Assembly (NCBI GenBank): GCA_031367995.1
Contig: JANLQS010000132.1
Coordinates: 1,860-65,859, forward strand
Direction of reading: 5' to 3'
DNA from: Sphingomonas sp.
GTDB taxonomy: Bacteria; Pseudomonadota; Alphaproteobacteria; Sphingomonadales; Sphingomonadaceae
Length of the DNA stretch: 64,000 nt
The notes beneath the pieces were generated by a model, which did not search any database, had not been told where the DNA came from, and was given only the letters and a program-made list of their open reading frames with translations. Of the stretch, positions 8,083 through 17,719 are shown in pieces. The translations under genes and the position numbers were made by a program. Position 1 is the first letter of the stretch. Every line of letters starts with the position of its first letter.

Positions 8083-10806
8083 TTAACGCTCGGCGGTGGC
8101 CAGCTGCGGCGCCGGCCTTACGGTCACCATGCCGATGCGCGCCAAGGGCCGCTCGTGGGTCACCTCGACTTCGGCGGCGAGTTCGCGCGGGGCGTGGATC
8201 GCGGCCGCGGTGTCACTCGTCAGGCGCAGCCGGTAATGGCCGTAGCGCACCCGTTCGAACAGGAAATAGCCGTCGAGATCGCTGCGGGCGGTGGCGACGA
8301 CATGCCCCGCGGCGTCGATCAGTTCGATATCGAGGCCTTCATACTCGCGGTGATCATCGCGCACCGCAATGCCTTCGACCGATCCTCCGCCGACCAGGGC
8401 AATGTCGACCATCGCCGAGACGCCCGGACGCGGAATAATCAGCTGGGCCGGCTTCTCCGGCGTCAACGCGGGATTGTCGAGGCTGGTCTGGTCGATGCCG
8501 ATGGCGACCGGCACATAAGGCGCCAGTCCGCCCAGCGTGACTTCGCCGCCGCTGTCGGTGGCGCGATCGGACGGACGCATGCCGGCGGTGATCAGCGCCC
8601 TGGCCGCGACCGGCTCGCCGGCGTCGCGGCGGCCATTTTCGTTGAGATCCTCGTAAACCCGGGCGTTGACCGCGCCGCTGCTTGCCAGCTTGTCGCTGGT
8701 CGGGCGGAAATGGCCGCGGAACGGGTCCATCGAGAAATTCAGGCTGACGCCGGCTGCGACCGAGCCGTCGCTGGCCGCCTCCCCGGTCAAGGCAACGCCC
8801 ATCATGTCGAAACGGTGGACGTGGCTGACCCGTGCCCGCACCCGACGGAAATCCGCTTCATAGGCCAGCCCGCCCTCCCAGTCGGTATGCTCCCCGGCCG
8901 ACCAGCTGGCGGTCATCTCGGCGCTGCGGAAGCGGCTATGCGGGATGATGTCGAACCGCGTCAGGCCGCGCAACCGGACCCGGCCGAGCCGGGCGGTGCC
9001 GATCAGCGACGCCTCGAGCTTTTCGGGCGCCAGATCGCCATCGGCGGCGCGGCGCTTGAGTTCGCGGGTATAGCGGGTCTCGCTCGACAGGTTGAAGCGG
9101 CCGATCTGGGCGCCGAGCCTGGTGCTGGCATCGATCGCGCTGGTCCCGTCCATCCGCTTGAGCAGGCGGACATCCGCGCCCACCGGCAGCCGGATACTGC
9201 CGAGCTTGACCGGCGCCGACAGCCCCAGGCGCTGTTCGCTCTTGAGCGCCTTGTCGGAGACGGTGCCGAAGCCGTTGGTGTAGAAGGAAGCGGCATGGAT
9301 ATTGACGCTTCCGAGCTTGGCGACGACTTGCGCTCGCCCGGCCATCCGCCCGTGGGTATCGAGCGCGCCCGCGACCTCGACCAGGGCCACTCCGAGCGAG
9401 CGCCGGACCGAGCCTTCGACAAAGGTCATGCGCTCGTCCTGGATGATGGTCGAACGGATCAGGGCGCCGACCGACAAACGGTCGTCGACGCCATATTCGA
9501 CGTCGACGCTGAGTTCCGGTGCGGACTGTCGAAGCGGCTTCGCCAGGACGGTGGACGGTGTTGGCGGCGGATCGGTCTTGTGGGCGAAGCTGATCAAATC
9601 GGTGCCGGGCTGGCGGACCCCGGCCCAGTACCACAATTTGCCGGGGGGAACGTTGTCGCGGCCGATGTTGGCCTCCTCGCGGCGATGTTCGACCTGGCCC
9701 TGCGGCCCGTAGAGGACGATGTCGAATTCATTGTCGCCATAGAGCAAATCGACGTCGCGGAAATGATAGCGGCCGTCGTTGGCCTCGCCGTTGTAGAAGC
9801 CGATCAGCGATCCGTTGCGGTATAGCTCCGCGTCCCAGCCGGGGGCCAGCTCGCCGGAGAATTCAGTGCGGTCGAAGGTTCCCGGATGGGTCAGCGGGCG
9901 GTTGGTGATGACCGCGCCGCGGCCCGAACCGGTGCCTCCGCCGAAGGCCGAAGCGAGCCCTTCGACATCACCGACCGCGACGTGAGTCGCCTTCAGCGGA
10001 CCGAGCAGCTCGCCATCGGGGTCGGAGCGATAGAGGGTCGCGCGAACCGAGGTCGGGAGCCCGCCGAGATCCCCCTGGATGGCGGCGGAATAGGACATTG
10101 CGGCGATTTCGCCGGCGGCATAGATCGACGCCGAGCGATCGACCTGAAGGCCGGAACTGGCGTGATAGGTCACGCCGGCATTGACGATGAACTCCAGCGC
10201 CGGGGCGCGCCACATGCGGTAGGGCAGGCGCACCATCGGTATGCCGCCGAGGTCGAGCGACGCGTCCTTCTTTAGCATCCCGGCGCGGTTGCGGCGCTCC
10301 ATCGCCAGTTCGACTGGCAGTTTGTCCTTCGACTCGACGGTCAGCATCGACACCGACGTGTCCGGCGTCAGGTCGAGCGCGAACCAGCGGGCGAGCGCCT
10401 TGCTGTCGACGCACCAGCCCTCCGGAACTTCGCGGATATCGGTTGTTGCGATTGATTCGCTTTTGCCATTGTGCGTGACTGTACGCGCCGCCGCGTCGAT
10501 ATTAAGGACATTGGCCTGCTTGAACGCCCAGCCGCTGGCTTTGTGCGTCTGGAGGTCGATCTTCATCGGCACGTCGAGCGCCTGAAGAAAGTCGCCGAAG
10601 ACGATGCAGGTGCCTTCGGGCGTGCCATAAGCGCGGGCGCCGTCGCCAAGAGTCAGATGATGGATGTTGACGTCGAGCATATATTGCTCGTCGGGGTCGG
10701 CAACCCAGCGATCCCCGACCGGGGCGGAGGCCGACACGGCGGTGCCGGCGCCGAGCAGCGCCAGCACGGCAAGCGCCTTGCGCCACCTGCTGCGGATGGT
10801 CCGCAT
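8083..10806 (-). CDS. Usher-like outer-membrane pilus assembly protein with C-terminal SdrD/carboxypeptidase-regulatory-like domains
   Basis: 907 aa with signal peptide, GWDAELYRNG, LLYGDNEFDIVLYGPQG, amphipathic beta strands, VYEDLNENGRRDAGEP. Downstream of a chaperone and pilins. Confidence 0.8.
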   Translation of the reverse strand: MRTIRSRWRKALAVLALLGAGTAVSASAPVGDRWVADPDEQYMLDVNIHHLTLGDGARAYGTPEGTCIVFGDFLQALDVPMKIDLQTHKASGWAFKQANVLNIDAAARTVTHNGKSESIATTDIREVPEGWCVDSKALARWFALDLTPDTSVSMLTVESKDKLPVELAMERRNRAGMLKKDASLDLGGIPMVRLPYRMWRAPALEFIVNAGVTYHASSGLQVDRSASIYAAGEIAAMSYSAAIQGDLGGLPTSVRATLYRSDPDGELLGPLKATHVAVGDVEGLASAFGGGTGSGRGAVITNRPLTHPGTFDRTEFSGELAPGWDAELYRNGSLIGFYNGEANDGRYHFRDVDLLYGDNEFDIVLYGPQGQVEHRREEANIGRDNVPPGKLWYWAGVRQPGTDLISFAHKTDPPPTPSTVLAKPLRQSAPELSVDVEYGVDDRLSVGALIRSTIIQDERMTFVEGSVRRSLGVALVEVAGALDTHGRMAGRAQVVAKLGSVNIHAASFYTNGFGTVSDKALKSEQRLGLSAPVKLGSIRLPVGADVRLLKRMDGTSAIDASTRLGAQIGRFNLSSETRYTRELKRRAADGDLAPEKLEASLIGTARLGRVRLRGLTRFDIIPHSRFRSAEMTASWSAGEHTDWEGGLAYEADFRRVRARVSHVHRFDMMGVALTGEAASDGSVAAGVSLNFSMDPFRGHFRPTSDKLASSGAVNARVYEDLNENGRRDAGEPVAARALITAGMRPSDRATDSGGEVTLGGLAPYVPVAIGIDQTSLDNPALTPEKPAQLIIPRPGVSAMVDIALVGGGSVEGIAVRDDHREYEGLDIELIDAAGHVVATARSDLDGYFLFERVRYGHYRLRLTSDTAAAIHAPRELAAEVEVTHERPLARIGMVTVRPAPQLATAER

Positions 10807-10834
10807 TGGCTGGTCCGCCCGCCCCCGAGCCCGC

Positions 10835-11659
10835 TTAGTTCAGGGTCGCGCTGGTTTCGGCCGCGAGAGTCGCGCCATTGTCGGTTACTTCATAATATTG
10901 GACCGTGACCGGCCCGGAGATCGCGCCCTTGTAGTCGGCGTCGACCGGGACGACGACCTTGCGGGTGGTCAGTTCCTTGTATACCGCGACGCCCTTCAGA
11001 AAGGCGACAGGCTGCTTGACGCCGGCCTTCATCACGCGGATCTCGCCATAGGTCGAGCGGGTGCCTGCGCGGGTCAGCTGCATGATCACGGCATTCTTGC
11101 CGTTGGCGGCGACGTGATGGACATCGGCGATGCCGGCCTTGGCCTCGAGGTTGCCGAGGCGGACGATGACCGGGATGGTCACGCCGTAAACCGGGATCAG
11201 CTTGAACGCCAGGCCGTGGCTTTCGGTCGGCGCGGTCACCGGCGTCGGGTCGGGGATGGCGCGGAACAGCAGATGGATTCGATATTCGCCATCCGGCGTG
11301 CCCTGCGGCGCCCGGGCCGACACCCGGACGGCTTGCGGCTGGTTGGGCGGCAGAGTCACCTTGCGCGGGGCGAACACGATCATGTCCTGCGCCGCTTTCT
11401 CTTCCGCCGAAGCATCCTTGACCTCGACCAACGTGCCGTCGGGGTTCATCCGGCGCAGTTCCGCCGAGACGCGGTAGGTCGCGGTTGCGCTGCCGATGTT
11501 CTTGAGGATCACCTCGGTTCCGCGGCCGCCGTTCAAGACGATGCGGGTCGGCGCGACGAGCAAGTCGCCGACGCCAGCGCTGAGGGGCGTCACCAGCACC
11601 AGGCTGGCGGCAAGGCCGGCAACGAGCCCGAGGGCACGGCGGACGAATGGCTTGGTCAT
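10835..11659 (-). CDS. Periplasmic pilus chaperone (PapD-like)
   Basis: DLLVAPTRIVL, FAPRKVTLPPNQPQAVRV, DGEYRIHLLFRAIP, GVTIPVIVR. Signal peptide from MTKPFV. Confidence 0.85.
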   Translation of the reverse strand: MTKPFVRRALGLVAGLAASLVLVTPLSAGVGDLLVAPTRIVLNGGRGTEVILKNIGSATATYRVSAELRRMNPDGTLVEVKDASAEEKAAQDMIVFAPRKVTLPPNQPQAVRVSARAPQGTPDGEYRIHLLFRAIPDPTPVTAPTESHGLAFKLIPVYGVTIPVIVRLGNLEAKAGIADVHHVAANGKNAVIMQLTRAGTRSTYGEIRVMKAGVKQPVAFLKGVAVYKELTTRKVVVPVDADYKGAISGPVTVQYYEVTDNGATLAAETSATLN

Positions 11660-11714
11660 GAAACTCTCCCAAATCGGCCGATCCATCGGCTTTGAAGAGA
11701 GATTGGTCGAAAAT

Positions 11715-11733
11715 GGTTATTAACCTCCTAACC
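11715..11733. promoter_or_regulatory. GGTTA-N9-TAACC (CtrA-like) box upstream of chaperone-usher
   Basis: GGTTATTAACCTCCTAACC. Confidence 0.55.
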
Positions 11734-11750
11734 ATCTCCGTTTTGGGATG

Positions 11751-11787
11751 AAAAAAGGGAGCGGCTGGCGCGTGCCGGCCGCTCCCT
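11751..11787 (-). terminator. Rho-independent terminator after pilin gene 11814..12380
   Basis: AGGGAGCGGC/GCCGCTCCCT stem followed by a T run on the minus strand. Confidence 0.85.
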
Positions 11788-11813
11788 GTTCCGCCATCGG
11801 CGGCGCTGGAGGT

Positions 11814-12380
11814 CTACTGATAGTCGGCGGTGACGGTGAACGTCCCCGAATAGCTGCCGCCTTCGGTTACCTGGGTCACGGTCACGCTGCCACCGACCCA
11901 GAAGTCCTTGCCCGGGAACCCTGAGTTGGGCAGCTGCATGACATAGATGCCGGTGCCATTATTGGCCGAAATGCTGTTGGTTGTGGCCAACGTAATGGTC
12001 GGCGCCGCGCCGCCGCCGGCCCAGCTGGTGTTGGTCAGCGTCACGGTCAGCGGGATGGTCAGGTTCAACGGCGTGTTGTTTGTCCCCTGGAGGTTGAACA
12101 TCGCCGCCGCGGGCGTGCCCGAGCAGGTGAAGCCGGTCTGGCAATAGGTCCCGGTCTGGGTCGCCGCGGGCAGGATGGTGAAGGTGTTGCTGAACGTCGC
12201 CGCGCTCGGCGTGATCAGGGTACCGAGCGCGATCGTGCCACCCCCGGTCATCACCAGCGGCTTGACGATCTTGGCGGTGACGGTGGCGTTGGCGGTGGCC
12301 GCCTGGGCCGCGCTCGGCGCCATCAGGATGAGGCCGATGGCGGAAGCGATCACGCCGAACTTGGTGAACTTGGTCATCAC
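11814..12380 (-). CDS. DUF4402-type pilin/fimbrial subunit
   Basis: Signal peptide, ATVTAKIVKPL, Cys pair, FWVGGSV and C-terminal YSGTFTVTADYQ. Confidence 0.82.
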   Translation of the reverse strand: MMTKFTKFGVIASAIGLILMAPSAAQAATANATVTAKIVKPLVMTGGGTIALGTLITPSAATFSNTFTILPAATQTGTYCQTGFTCSGTPAAAMFNLQGTNNTPLNLTIPLTVTLTNTSWAGGGAAPTITLATTNSISANNGTGIYVMQLPNSGFPGKDFWVGGSVTVTQVTEGGSYSGTFTVTADYQ

Positions 12381-12426
12381 GGTCTGGTCTCCCGTCCCGT
12401 TCGCGCCCAGGGTGGTTCGCGAACAA

Positions 12427-12495
12427 GGTCACCACGCTGTTAACCCTGTCATCCTTTCCATCCACTTCGGACTTATGGTTAGCGGCGCGTTAACC
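12427..12495. promoter_or_regulatory. Paired CtrA-like boxes upstream of pilin 1
   Basis: GGTCACCACGCTGTTAACC (12427-12445) and GGTTAGCGGCGCGTTAACC (12477-12495, TTAG-N7-TTAA). Confidence 0.6.
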
Positions 12496-12512
12496 TTTGC
12501 GCGGCGGGCAAG

Positions 12513-12543
12513 AAAAAGGGCGGGGTGCCGAAGCGCCCCGCCC
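12513..12543 (-). terminator. Rho-independent terminator after pilin gene 12581..13180
   Basis: GGGCGGGG(T/C)GC stem with 4-nt loop, followed by TTTTT on the minus strand. Confidence 0.85.
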
Positions 12544-12580
12544 GATCTCTGGTCAGGCCGTTGCCGGCCCTGGGTTACGC

Positions 12581-13180
12581 TTACTGATAGTCGGCGTTGA
12601 CCGTGAAGGTGCCGGTATAGACACCGTCGCGGTCGGTCGACGAGACGCCGAGCGAGCCGCCGACATAGACGTCGGCAGTGCCGGCATTGAGGAACACGTC
12701 GGCCGTGCCGTCGCTGTTTGAATCGGCGGTCGCCGACAAAGCCAGCGTCAGCGGAACGGTATCGTCGACATCGCCCAATATGCCGCCGGCGCGGTTGAGA
12801 TCGATCGTCCCGGCGCTGACCCACACGTTGACGCTCGAATCGACCGAGCCTGTGATGGTGTAGAGCGCACGGTGCGGCGTACCGCTGCAGGTCCAGTTGG
12901 AGGCACCGGTGCAGACGCTGCCCGCGGTCGGCGCCGAAGCGGCGTCGATCACGAAAGCATGGGTCGAACGGGCGGTGGCCCCGCCGAGCGTCCCAACCAG
13001 GATGCCGAAGTCGACGACCGAATTGGTCGCGTTGGCCGCGGCGATCGTCAGCGGCGAGAAGATCTTCACGGTCGCGGTGCCGTCAGCCGAAACGCTGGTC
13101 GGCGAAGCGAGGGCCGGAGTCGCGAAAGCGACAGCCGCTACCGCTGCGGCGAGCGCCGCCTTGTTGAAGTAATTGGTCAT
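12581..13180 (-). CDS. DUF4402-type pilin/fimbrial subunit
   Basis: Signal peptide, GTATVKIFSPL, VDFG, Cys pair, VYVGGSL and C-terminal YTGTFTVNADYQ. Clear paralog of 11814..12380. Confidence 0.82.
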   Translation of the reverse strand: MTNYFNKAALAAAVAAVAFATPALASPTSVSADGTATVKIFSPLTIAAANATNSVVDFGILVGTLGGATARSTHAFVIDAASAPTAGSVCTGASNWTCSGTPHRALYTITGSVDSSVNVWVSAGTIDLNRAGGILGDVDDTVPLTLALSATADSNSDGTADVFLNAGTADVYVGGSLGVSSTDRDGVYTGTFTVNADYQ

Positions 13181-13240
13181 TGTCTAAATCCCCACAGGTT
13201 CCCAAAATCGAGCGGGCTTCGGGACTGGTCGGTCCGTCAT

Positions 13241-13308
13241 CCGTATTACGGCATTAACCGCGACCGCTTACGGCTTTGCTCAGCATCGTGGTTACCGGAG
13301 CATTTACC
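13241..13308. promoter_or_regulatory. Paired CtrA-like boxes upstream of pilin 2
   Basis: CCGTATTACGGCATTAACC (13241-13259, weaker) and GGTTACCGGAGCATTTACC (13290-13308). Confidence 0.5.
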
Positions 13309-13343
13309 TTCGCCGGTATCGCCGGAGACCATCAAAGGCAGCG

Positions 13344-13874
13344 TCAGAGGTAGTCGACGATGACGGGGACGTCGCCGCGAAAATCGCCGTCGACGTCCCC
13401 GGTGACGTGCAGGTCCCCGCCGATTCGGACCTTCAATTCACCGGCAGCGTCGAGCGCGGGGACGTCGGGCAGGTCGCTGACCAGGGATTCGATTCGCACC
13501 GATCCGCCGATCAGGCCGTACAGTTCGATCGACCGGGGCAGGTCGACCCGCACCGCCCGTCCAGGTTCGCCGTGAATGACCACCTCGGCAACGATCGCCC
13601 GGCCGCTCAGCGCGCCGATCGCGCCCAGCGACTGGCGGGTGCCGTCGGGACGAAGAATCGCCTGGCCGCTCCCGGACCCGGTCAGGATCAGCCGGTCGAA
13701 GTCGAGCGCGGTGCGCACTTCCAGCCGAATCGGCTTGGCCTCGCCGGCCTTCGCATCGGGCGTCGTGGTCGGCGCGGCACACAGCCGGCACTGCGCGACG
13801 CCGCGGCCGGACACGGCCAGGCCGGTCGCGGCAAGCACGACAAGTAGCGCGGGGAATGAAATCCGGCCCAACAT
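13344..13874 (-). CDS. DUF4402-type minor pilin with QCRLC motif
   Basis: Signal peptide, AQCRLC, LDFDRL, IGGDL and C-terminal [12 protein letters not shown]. Start chosen at MLGRISF. Confidence 0.78.
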   Translation of the reverse strand: MLGRISFPALLVVLAATGLAVSGRGVAQCRLCAAPTTTPDAKAGEAKPIRLEVRTALDFDRLILTGSGSGQAILRPDGTRQSLGAIGALSGRAIVAEVVIHGEPGRAVRVDLPRSIELYGLIGGSVRIESLVSDLPDVPALDAAGELKVRIGGDLHVTGDVDGDFRGDVPVIVDYL

Positions 13875-13898
13875 GCCACCATCGCTATTGGGGAGGAA

Positions 13899-13926
13899 TG
13901 AAAACAGGGTTAACGCGGCTTTCACC
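13899..13926. promoter_or_regulatory. CtrA-like triple half-site TGAA-N7-TTAA-N7-TTCA
   Basis: TGAAAACAGGGTTAACGCGGCTTTCACC between the divergent minor pilin and msrB. Confidence 0.55.
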
Positions 13927-13951
13927 GTTGGACTTAAAAGGAAGGCGCCGA

Positions 13952-14392
13952 ATGACCGCCAAGCGCAGCGACGCCGAATGGCGCGACAAGCTGACCCCCG
14001 AGCAATATCGCATCCTGCGCCAGGCGGGGACCGAGCCGCCGGGGAGCGGGCCGTTGCTTGGCAACAAGGCCGGCGGCACCTACCGCTGTGCTGGCTGCGG
14101 CGCCGAACTGTTCGAGAGCGACAGCAAATTCGACAGCGGCTGCGGCTGGCCGAGCTTCACCGCGCCGGCCGAAGGATCGAAGGTCGAGGAACGCGCCGAC
14201 GCCAGCCACGGCATGGTCCGTACCGAAGTGCGCTGCGCCGCGTGCGAGGGGCACCTTGGCCACGTCTTCCCCGATGGGCCGGGACCCGCCGGCCTGCGCT
14301 ATTGCATCAACTCGGCATCGCTGGCGTTCGAAGCGGCCGAGGACAAGGCCAAGGGCAAGAAGCGCGACCAAGCGGCCGGCGAGCCGGGCTGA
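13952..14392 (+). CDS. msrB: Peptide-methionine (R)-S-oxide reductase
   Basis: [43 protein letters not shown]. Confidence 0.96.
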   Translation: MTAKRSDAEWRDKLTPEQYRILRQAGTEPPGSGPLLGNKAGGTYRCAGCGAELFESDSKFDSGCGWPSFTAPAEGSKVEERADASHGMVRTEVRCAACEGHLGHVFPDGPGPAGLRYCINSASLAFEAAEDKAKGKKRDQAAGEPG

Positions 14393-14457
14393 ACCGCATT
14401 CGCGCCTTGTTCGCCGGGCTTGTCGGCGGCCCCATGAGCGAATAACGCTCGGCGCCG

Positions 14458-16572
14458 ATGGCCCGCACCCCCATGCCCGCCGCCCGTCGCGGCACTTTTG
14501 GATCGGCGATGCGCTGGCTGCTCGCCATTGCCGTGCTCGGACTTGTCCTGCTCGGGATTGCGGTCGCGGTGGCGATGGCCTCGCTGCCCGATTATGCCCA
14601 GCTGACCCGCCGCAACGACCTTGGCCAGATGATCCGCGTCCGCGCCGCCGATGGCAGCGTGCTGGTTTCGCTCGGCCCGAGCTTCGGCCGCTGGCTGCGC
14701 TATGACGAAATCCCGCCGACCATGCGCAGCGCCATGATCGCGGTCGAGGACAAGCGCTTCCGCAGCCACATCGGCGTCGACCCGATCGGCATCGCCCGCT
14801 CGCTGAAAGTCCGTCTGCAGACCGGCCATTTCACCCAGGGCGGCTCGACCATCACCCAGCAGCTGGCGCGCAACATCTTCCTGACCAACAACCGGACGTT
14901 CGGGCGCAAGATCAAGGAAGCGATTCTGTCGCTGGCGATCGAGCGCAAATTCTCCAAGGACCAGATCCTCGAACTCTATCTGAACCGGGTCTATTTCGGC
15001 GGCGGCGCCTATGGCATCGACGCCGCCAGCAGGACGTTCTTCGGCCACGGCGCCGATCGGCTCAGCCTGGGCGAGGCGGCGATCATCGCCGGCCTGGTCA
15101 AGGCGCCGTCCAACTATTCGCCGACGGCCGACGTCAACGCCGCCCGCGGCCGCGCCGGAGTGGTGCTCAATTCGATGGTCGAGAACGGCTTCATCAATGC
15201 TTCCGCCGCGGCGTCGGTCGATCCCGCGCAGATCAAAGTCCAGGCGTCGGCCAAGCAGAACAGCGTGCGCTATTTCACCGACTGGGCGCTGCCCCAGCTC
15301 GATACGCTGATCGACGTGACCAGCGATCCGATCGACGTGTGGACCACACTTGACCCGGGCATGCAGGCCGCCGCCGACCGCGCGATCAATGCCAATGCCC
15401 CGCCCGGGACGCAGGGCGCGCTGGTGTCGATCGACCGCGACGGTGCGGTGCGGGCGATGATCGGCGGGCGCGATTACGTCAGCTCTATCTATAACCGCGC
15501 GACCCAGGCGCAGCGCCAGCCGGGCTCGGCGTGGAAGCTGTTCGTATACCTTGCCGCGCTCGAAAGCGGGATGAAACCAACCGACACGATGGTCGACCAT
15601 CCGGTCACGATCGACGGCTGGAGCCCGCGCAACTCGACCCGCGCGTTCGCCGGGACGGTCACGCTGCGTGAGGCGTTCGCGCGATCGATCAACACCATCA
15701 GCGCCCAGATCGGCGACCAGATCGGGTTCGGGACGATCGCCGACATGGGCCGCCGCTTCGGGATTTCGAGCAACATTTCGACCTATCCGTCGATGGTGCT
15801 GGGTACCAGTGACGTGCGGCTGATCGATATGACACGGGCCTTCGCCTCGGTCGGCAATGGCGGGGTCAGCGTGATGCCCTACGCCATCCGCAAAGTGGTC
15901 ACCGCCGATGGCCGCTTGCTCTACACCCATGCGCCGGACGAGGCGCGGGTGCTGGTCGCGCCTTATGTCGCGGCGGGCATGACCGACCTGCTCCAGTCGG
16001 CGGTGATGAGCGGCACCGGCCGCGCCGCCCAGATCGGCCGCCCGGTGGCGGGCAAGACCGGCACCACGACATCGAACAAGGACGGCTGGTTCGTCGGCTT
16101 TTCGAGCGGGCTTACGACCGGCGTGTGGATGGGCCGCGACGATGCCCGCACCGTCCCCGGCCTGCAGGGCGGCACGGCGCCCGCCCGAGCGTTCCACGAT
16201 TTCATGGTCGTCGCCGTCGCCAACCGCCCGGTCGAGCAATTCCAGACTTCGGTGCCGCTGCCCGACTGGCAGCTTGAGCCCGACGAGGAAGTGTGGGGCA
16301 ATGCCGTCGACGAGGCGCCGTTGGTCGATGCCAACGGCAACCCGATCGGCCAGAACCAGCCGAGCGATCCGCTCGCCGCGCGACCCGACGGCGCGCCGCC
16401 GCCGGCCCCGGGCGACCAGGCGTGGGTCGACGATGTCCTCAACCGCCCGGCCCCGCCGCCGGGCCAGCAGGCCCAGCCGCAACCGCAGCCGCGCCAGCAA
16501 CCGGTGCCCGACCCGCGCCTACCGCGGCAGGTCGATCCGCTTCAGCCCCGGCCCGACCCGGCGCAGCGCTAA
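14458..16572 (+). CDS. Class A penicillin-binding protein (PBP1A family)
   Basis: Transglycosylase EDKRF, GGSTITQQLARN, RKIKEA, YLNRVYFG. Transpeptidase PGSAWK, SIN, KTG. Pro/Gln-rich tail. Confidence 0.94.
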   Translation: MARTPMPAARRGTFGSAMRWLLAIAVLGLVLLGIAVAVAMASLPDYAQLTRRNDLGQMIRVRAADGSVLVSLGPSFGRWLRYDEIPPTMRSAMIAVEDKRFRSHIGVDPIGIARSLKVRLQTGHFTQGGSTITQQLARNIFLTNNRTFGRKIKEAILSLAIERKFSKDQILELYLNRVYFGGGAYGIDAASRTFFGHGADRLSLGEAAIIAGLVKAPSNYSPTADVNAARGRAGVVLNSMVENGFINASAAASVDPAQIKVQASAKQNSVRYFTDWALPQLDTLIDVTSDPIDVWTTLDPGMQAAADRAINANAPPGTQGALVSIDRDGAVRAMIGGRDYVSSIYNRATQAQRQPGSAWKLFVYLAALESGMKPTDTMVDHPVTIDGWSPRNSTRAFAGTVTLREAFARSINTISAQIGDQIGFGTIADMGRRFGISSNISTYPSMVLGTSDVRLIDMTRAFASVGNGGVSVMPYAIRKVVTADGRLLYTHAPDEARVLVAPYVAAGMTDLLQSAVMSGTGRAAQIGRPVAGKTGTTTSNKDGWFVGFSSGLTTGVWMGRDDARTVPGLQGGTAPARAFHDFMVVAVANRPVEQFQTSVPLPDWQLEPDEEVWGNAVDEAPLVDANGNPIGQNQPSDPLAARPDGAPPPAPGDQAWVDDVLNRPAPPPGQQAQPQPQPRQQPVPDPRLPRQVDPLQPRPDPAQR

Positions 16573-17250
16573 TCGCGCCGCCGCTACCGGACCGCCGAAC
16601 AAGGCCGCCTCCAATGCATGGAACGCCGCGCCATGATCCATGTGGCGGCGATGGGCGACCTCGTGCGCGACGACATAGCGCCGCACCGCCGGCGGGGCGA
16701 GCAGCAGCCTGAGATTGTAGCGGATCCGACCGCTGGCCGAACAACTGCCCCAACGGCTCGACGCGTCGCCGACCGCGATGGCGCTGATCGTGACCCCGGC
16801 AAGCGCCGCCATCTCCGCCGTTTCGGCCGACAGGGTACGCAGCGCCTCGGCGCGTAGCCAGCGCGCGATGCGGCGTTCGAACCCGTCGCGCGGCCCGCCG
16901 CACCACAACAAGCCCGGCATGCGGCGGACAGTGCGCGATTCGCCGTCGCGCCATTCGATCCGGGTTTCCGCCCCTTCGAGGGGGATAGTCGCGCCCGGCG
17001 TCAAAGCGAGCGGATCGGCCAGGATGGTCAGCTGCGCCGCAACCCATTTCTCCTGCCGCCCGGCCCAGTCGAGCGCCGCCCGGCGGCTGGTTCGCGGCGG
17101 ACATGTCAGGCGCAAGGTCCGCCGCCGCTCGTCGAGCCGCAGTCGCAGATTGCGCGCGCGGGGATGGACGACCAGTTCGACCGGCCAGGCTAGGCCGGCG
17201 ACTTCGAGCGGCTCAGAGCGGACGATCGACAAGATGATATTCCAGCTCAC
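16519..17250 (-). CDS. M48/SprT-like (YgjP) zinc metallopeptidase
   Basis: [16 protein letters not shown] (HExxH), HMDHG. GTG start near 17250 is uncertain. Confidence 0.85.
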   Translation of the reverse strand: MSWNIILSIVRSEPLEVAGLAWPVELVVHPRARNLRLRLDERRRTLRLTCPPRTSRRAALDWAGRQEKWVAAQLTILADPLALTPGATIPLEGAETRIEWRDGESRTVRRMPGLLWCGGPRDGFERRIARWLRAEALRTLSAETAEMAALAGVTISAIAVGDASSRWGSCSASGRIRYNLRLLLAPPAVRRYVVAHEVAHRRHMDHGAAFHALEAALFGGPVAAARLALRRVGPGLKRIDLPR

Positions 17251-17650
17251 CCGCTTCGGTCTCGCACACCGTCCAGCCGCGCGTCGACTGGCCCGCCTCG
17301 TGCACCGTCTCGCGGCTGCCCGAGATGAGGTAATGCCATTCGAGCAGTGGCTTGCCCTCCCACCGCAGGCGATAGGCGCAAGTCGACGGCAGCCACTCCA
17401 GCTCGTCGAGCCTGGCCGGGTCGAGCTTGACGCAGTCGGCGACCAGCGCCTTGCGGTGGGCATAGTCGCTGCACTGACCCGTGCGGCGGTCGAGCAGCTT
17501 GCACGCGACATTGGTCGGGTGCAGTTCGCCGGTGTCTTCATCCTCGAGCTTGTGGACACAGCAGCGGCCACAGCCGTCGCACAAGGCTTCCCATTCGCCG
17601 CGGTCCAGGGCGGCCAAGGGCTTTTCCCAAAAGGGTTTTGCGCTATTCAT
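17213..17650 (-). CDS. YcgN family cysteine cluster protein
   Basis: [29 protein letters not shown]. Confidence 0.92.
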   Translation of the reverse strand: MNSAKPFWEKPLAALDRGEWEALCDGCGRCCVHKLEDEDTGELHPTNVACKLLDRRTGQCSDYAHRKALVADCVKLDPARLDELEWLPSTCAYRLRWEGKPLLEWHYLISGSRETVHEAGQSTRGWTVCETEAGELEYHLVDRPL

Positions 17651-17719
17651 GGTAGCGCCAGCCTTGATCGGGCAAGGGCGGATGATCAAGTCCAATCGAA
17701 AACAGGATCGGGGCGGGCA

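Noticed and set aside
7902-13926. Pilus locus as a genomic island integrated at tRNA-Leu
   Set aside because: No integrase, no duplicated tRNA 3' end seen at the far side, and GC and codon usage look native.
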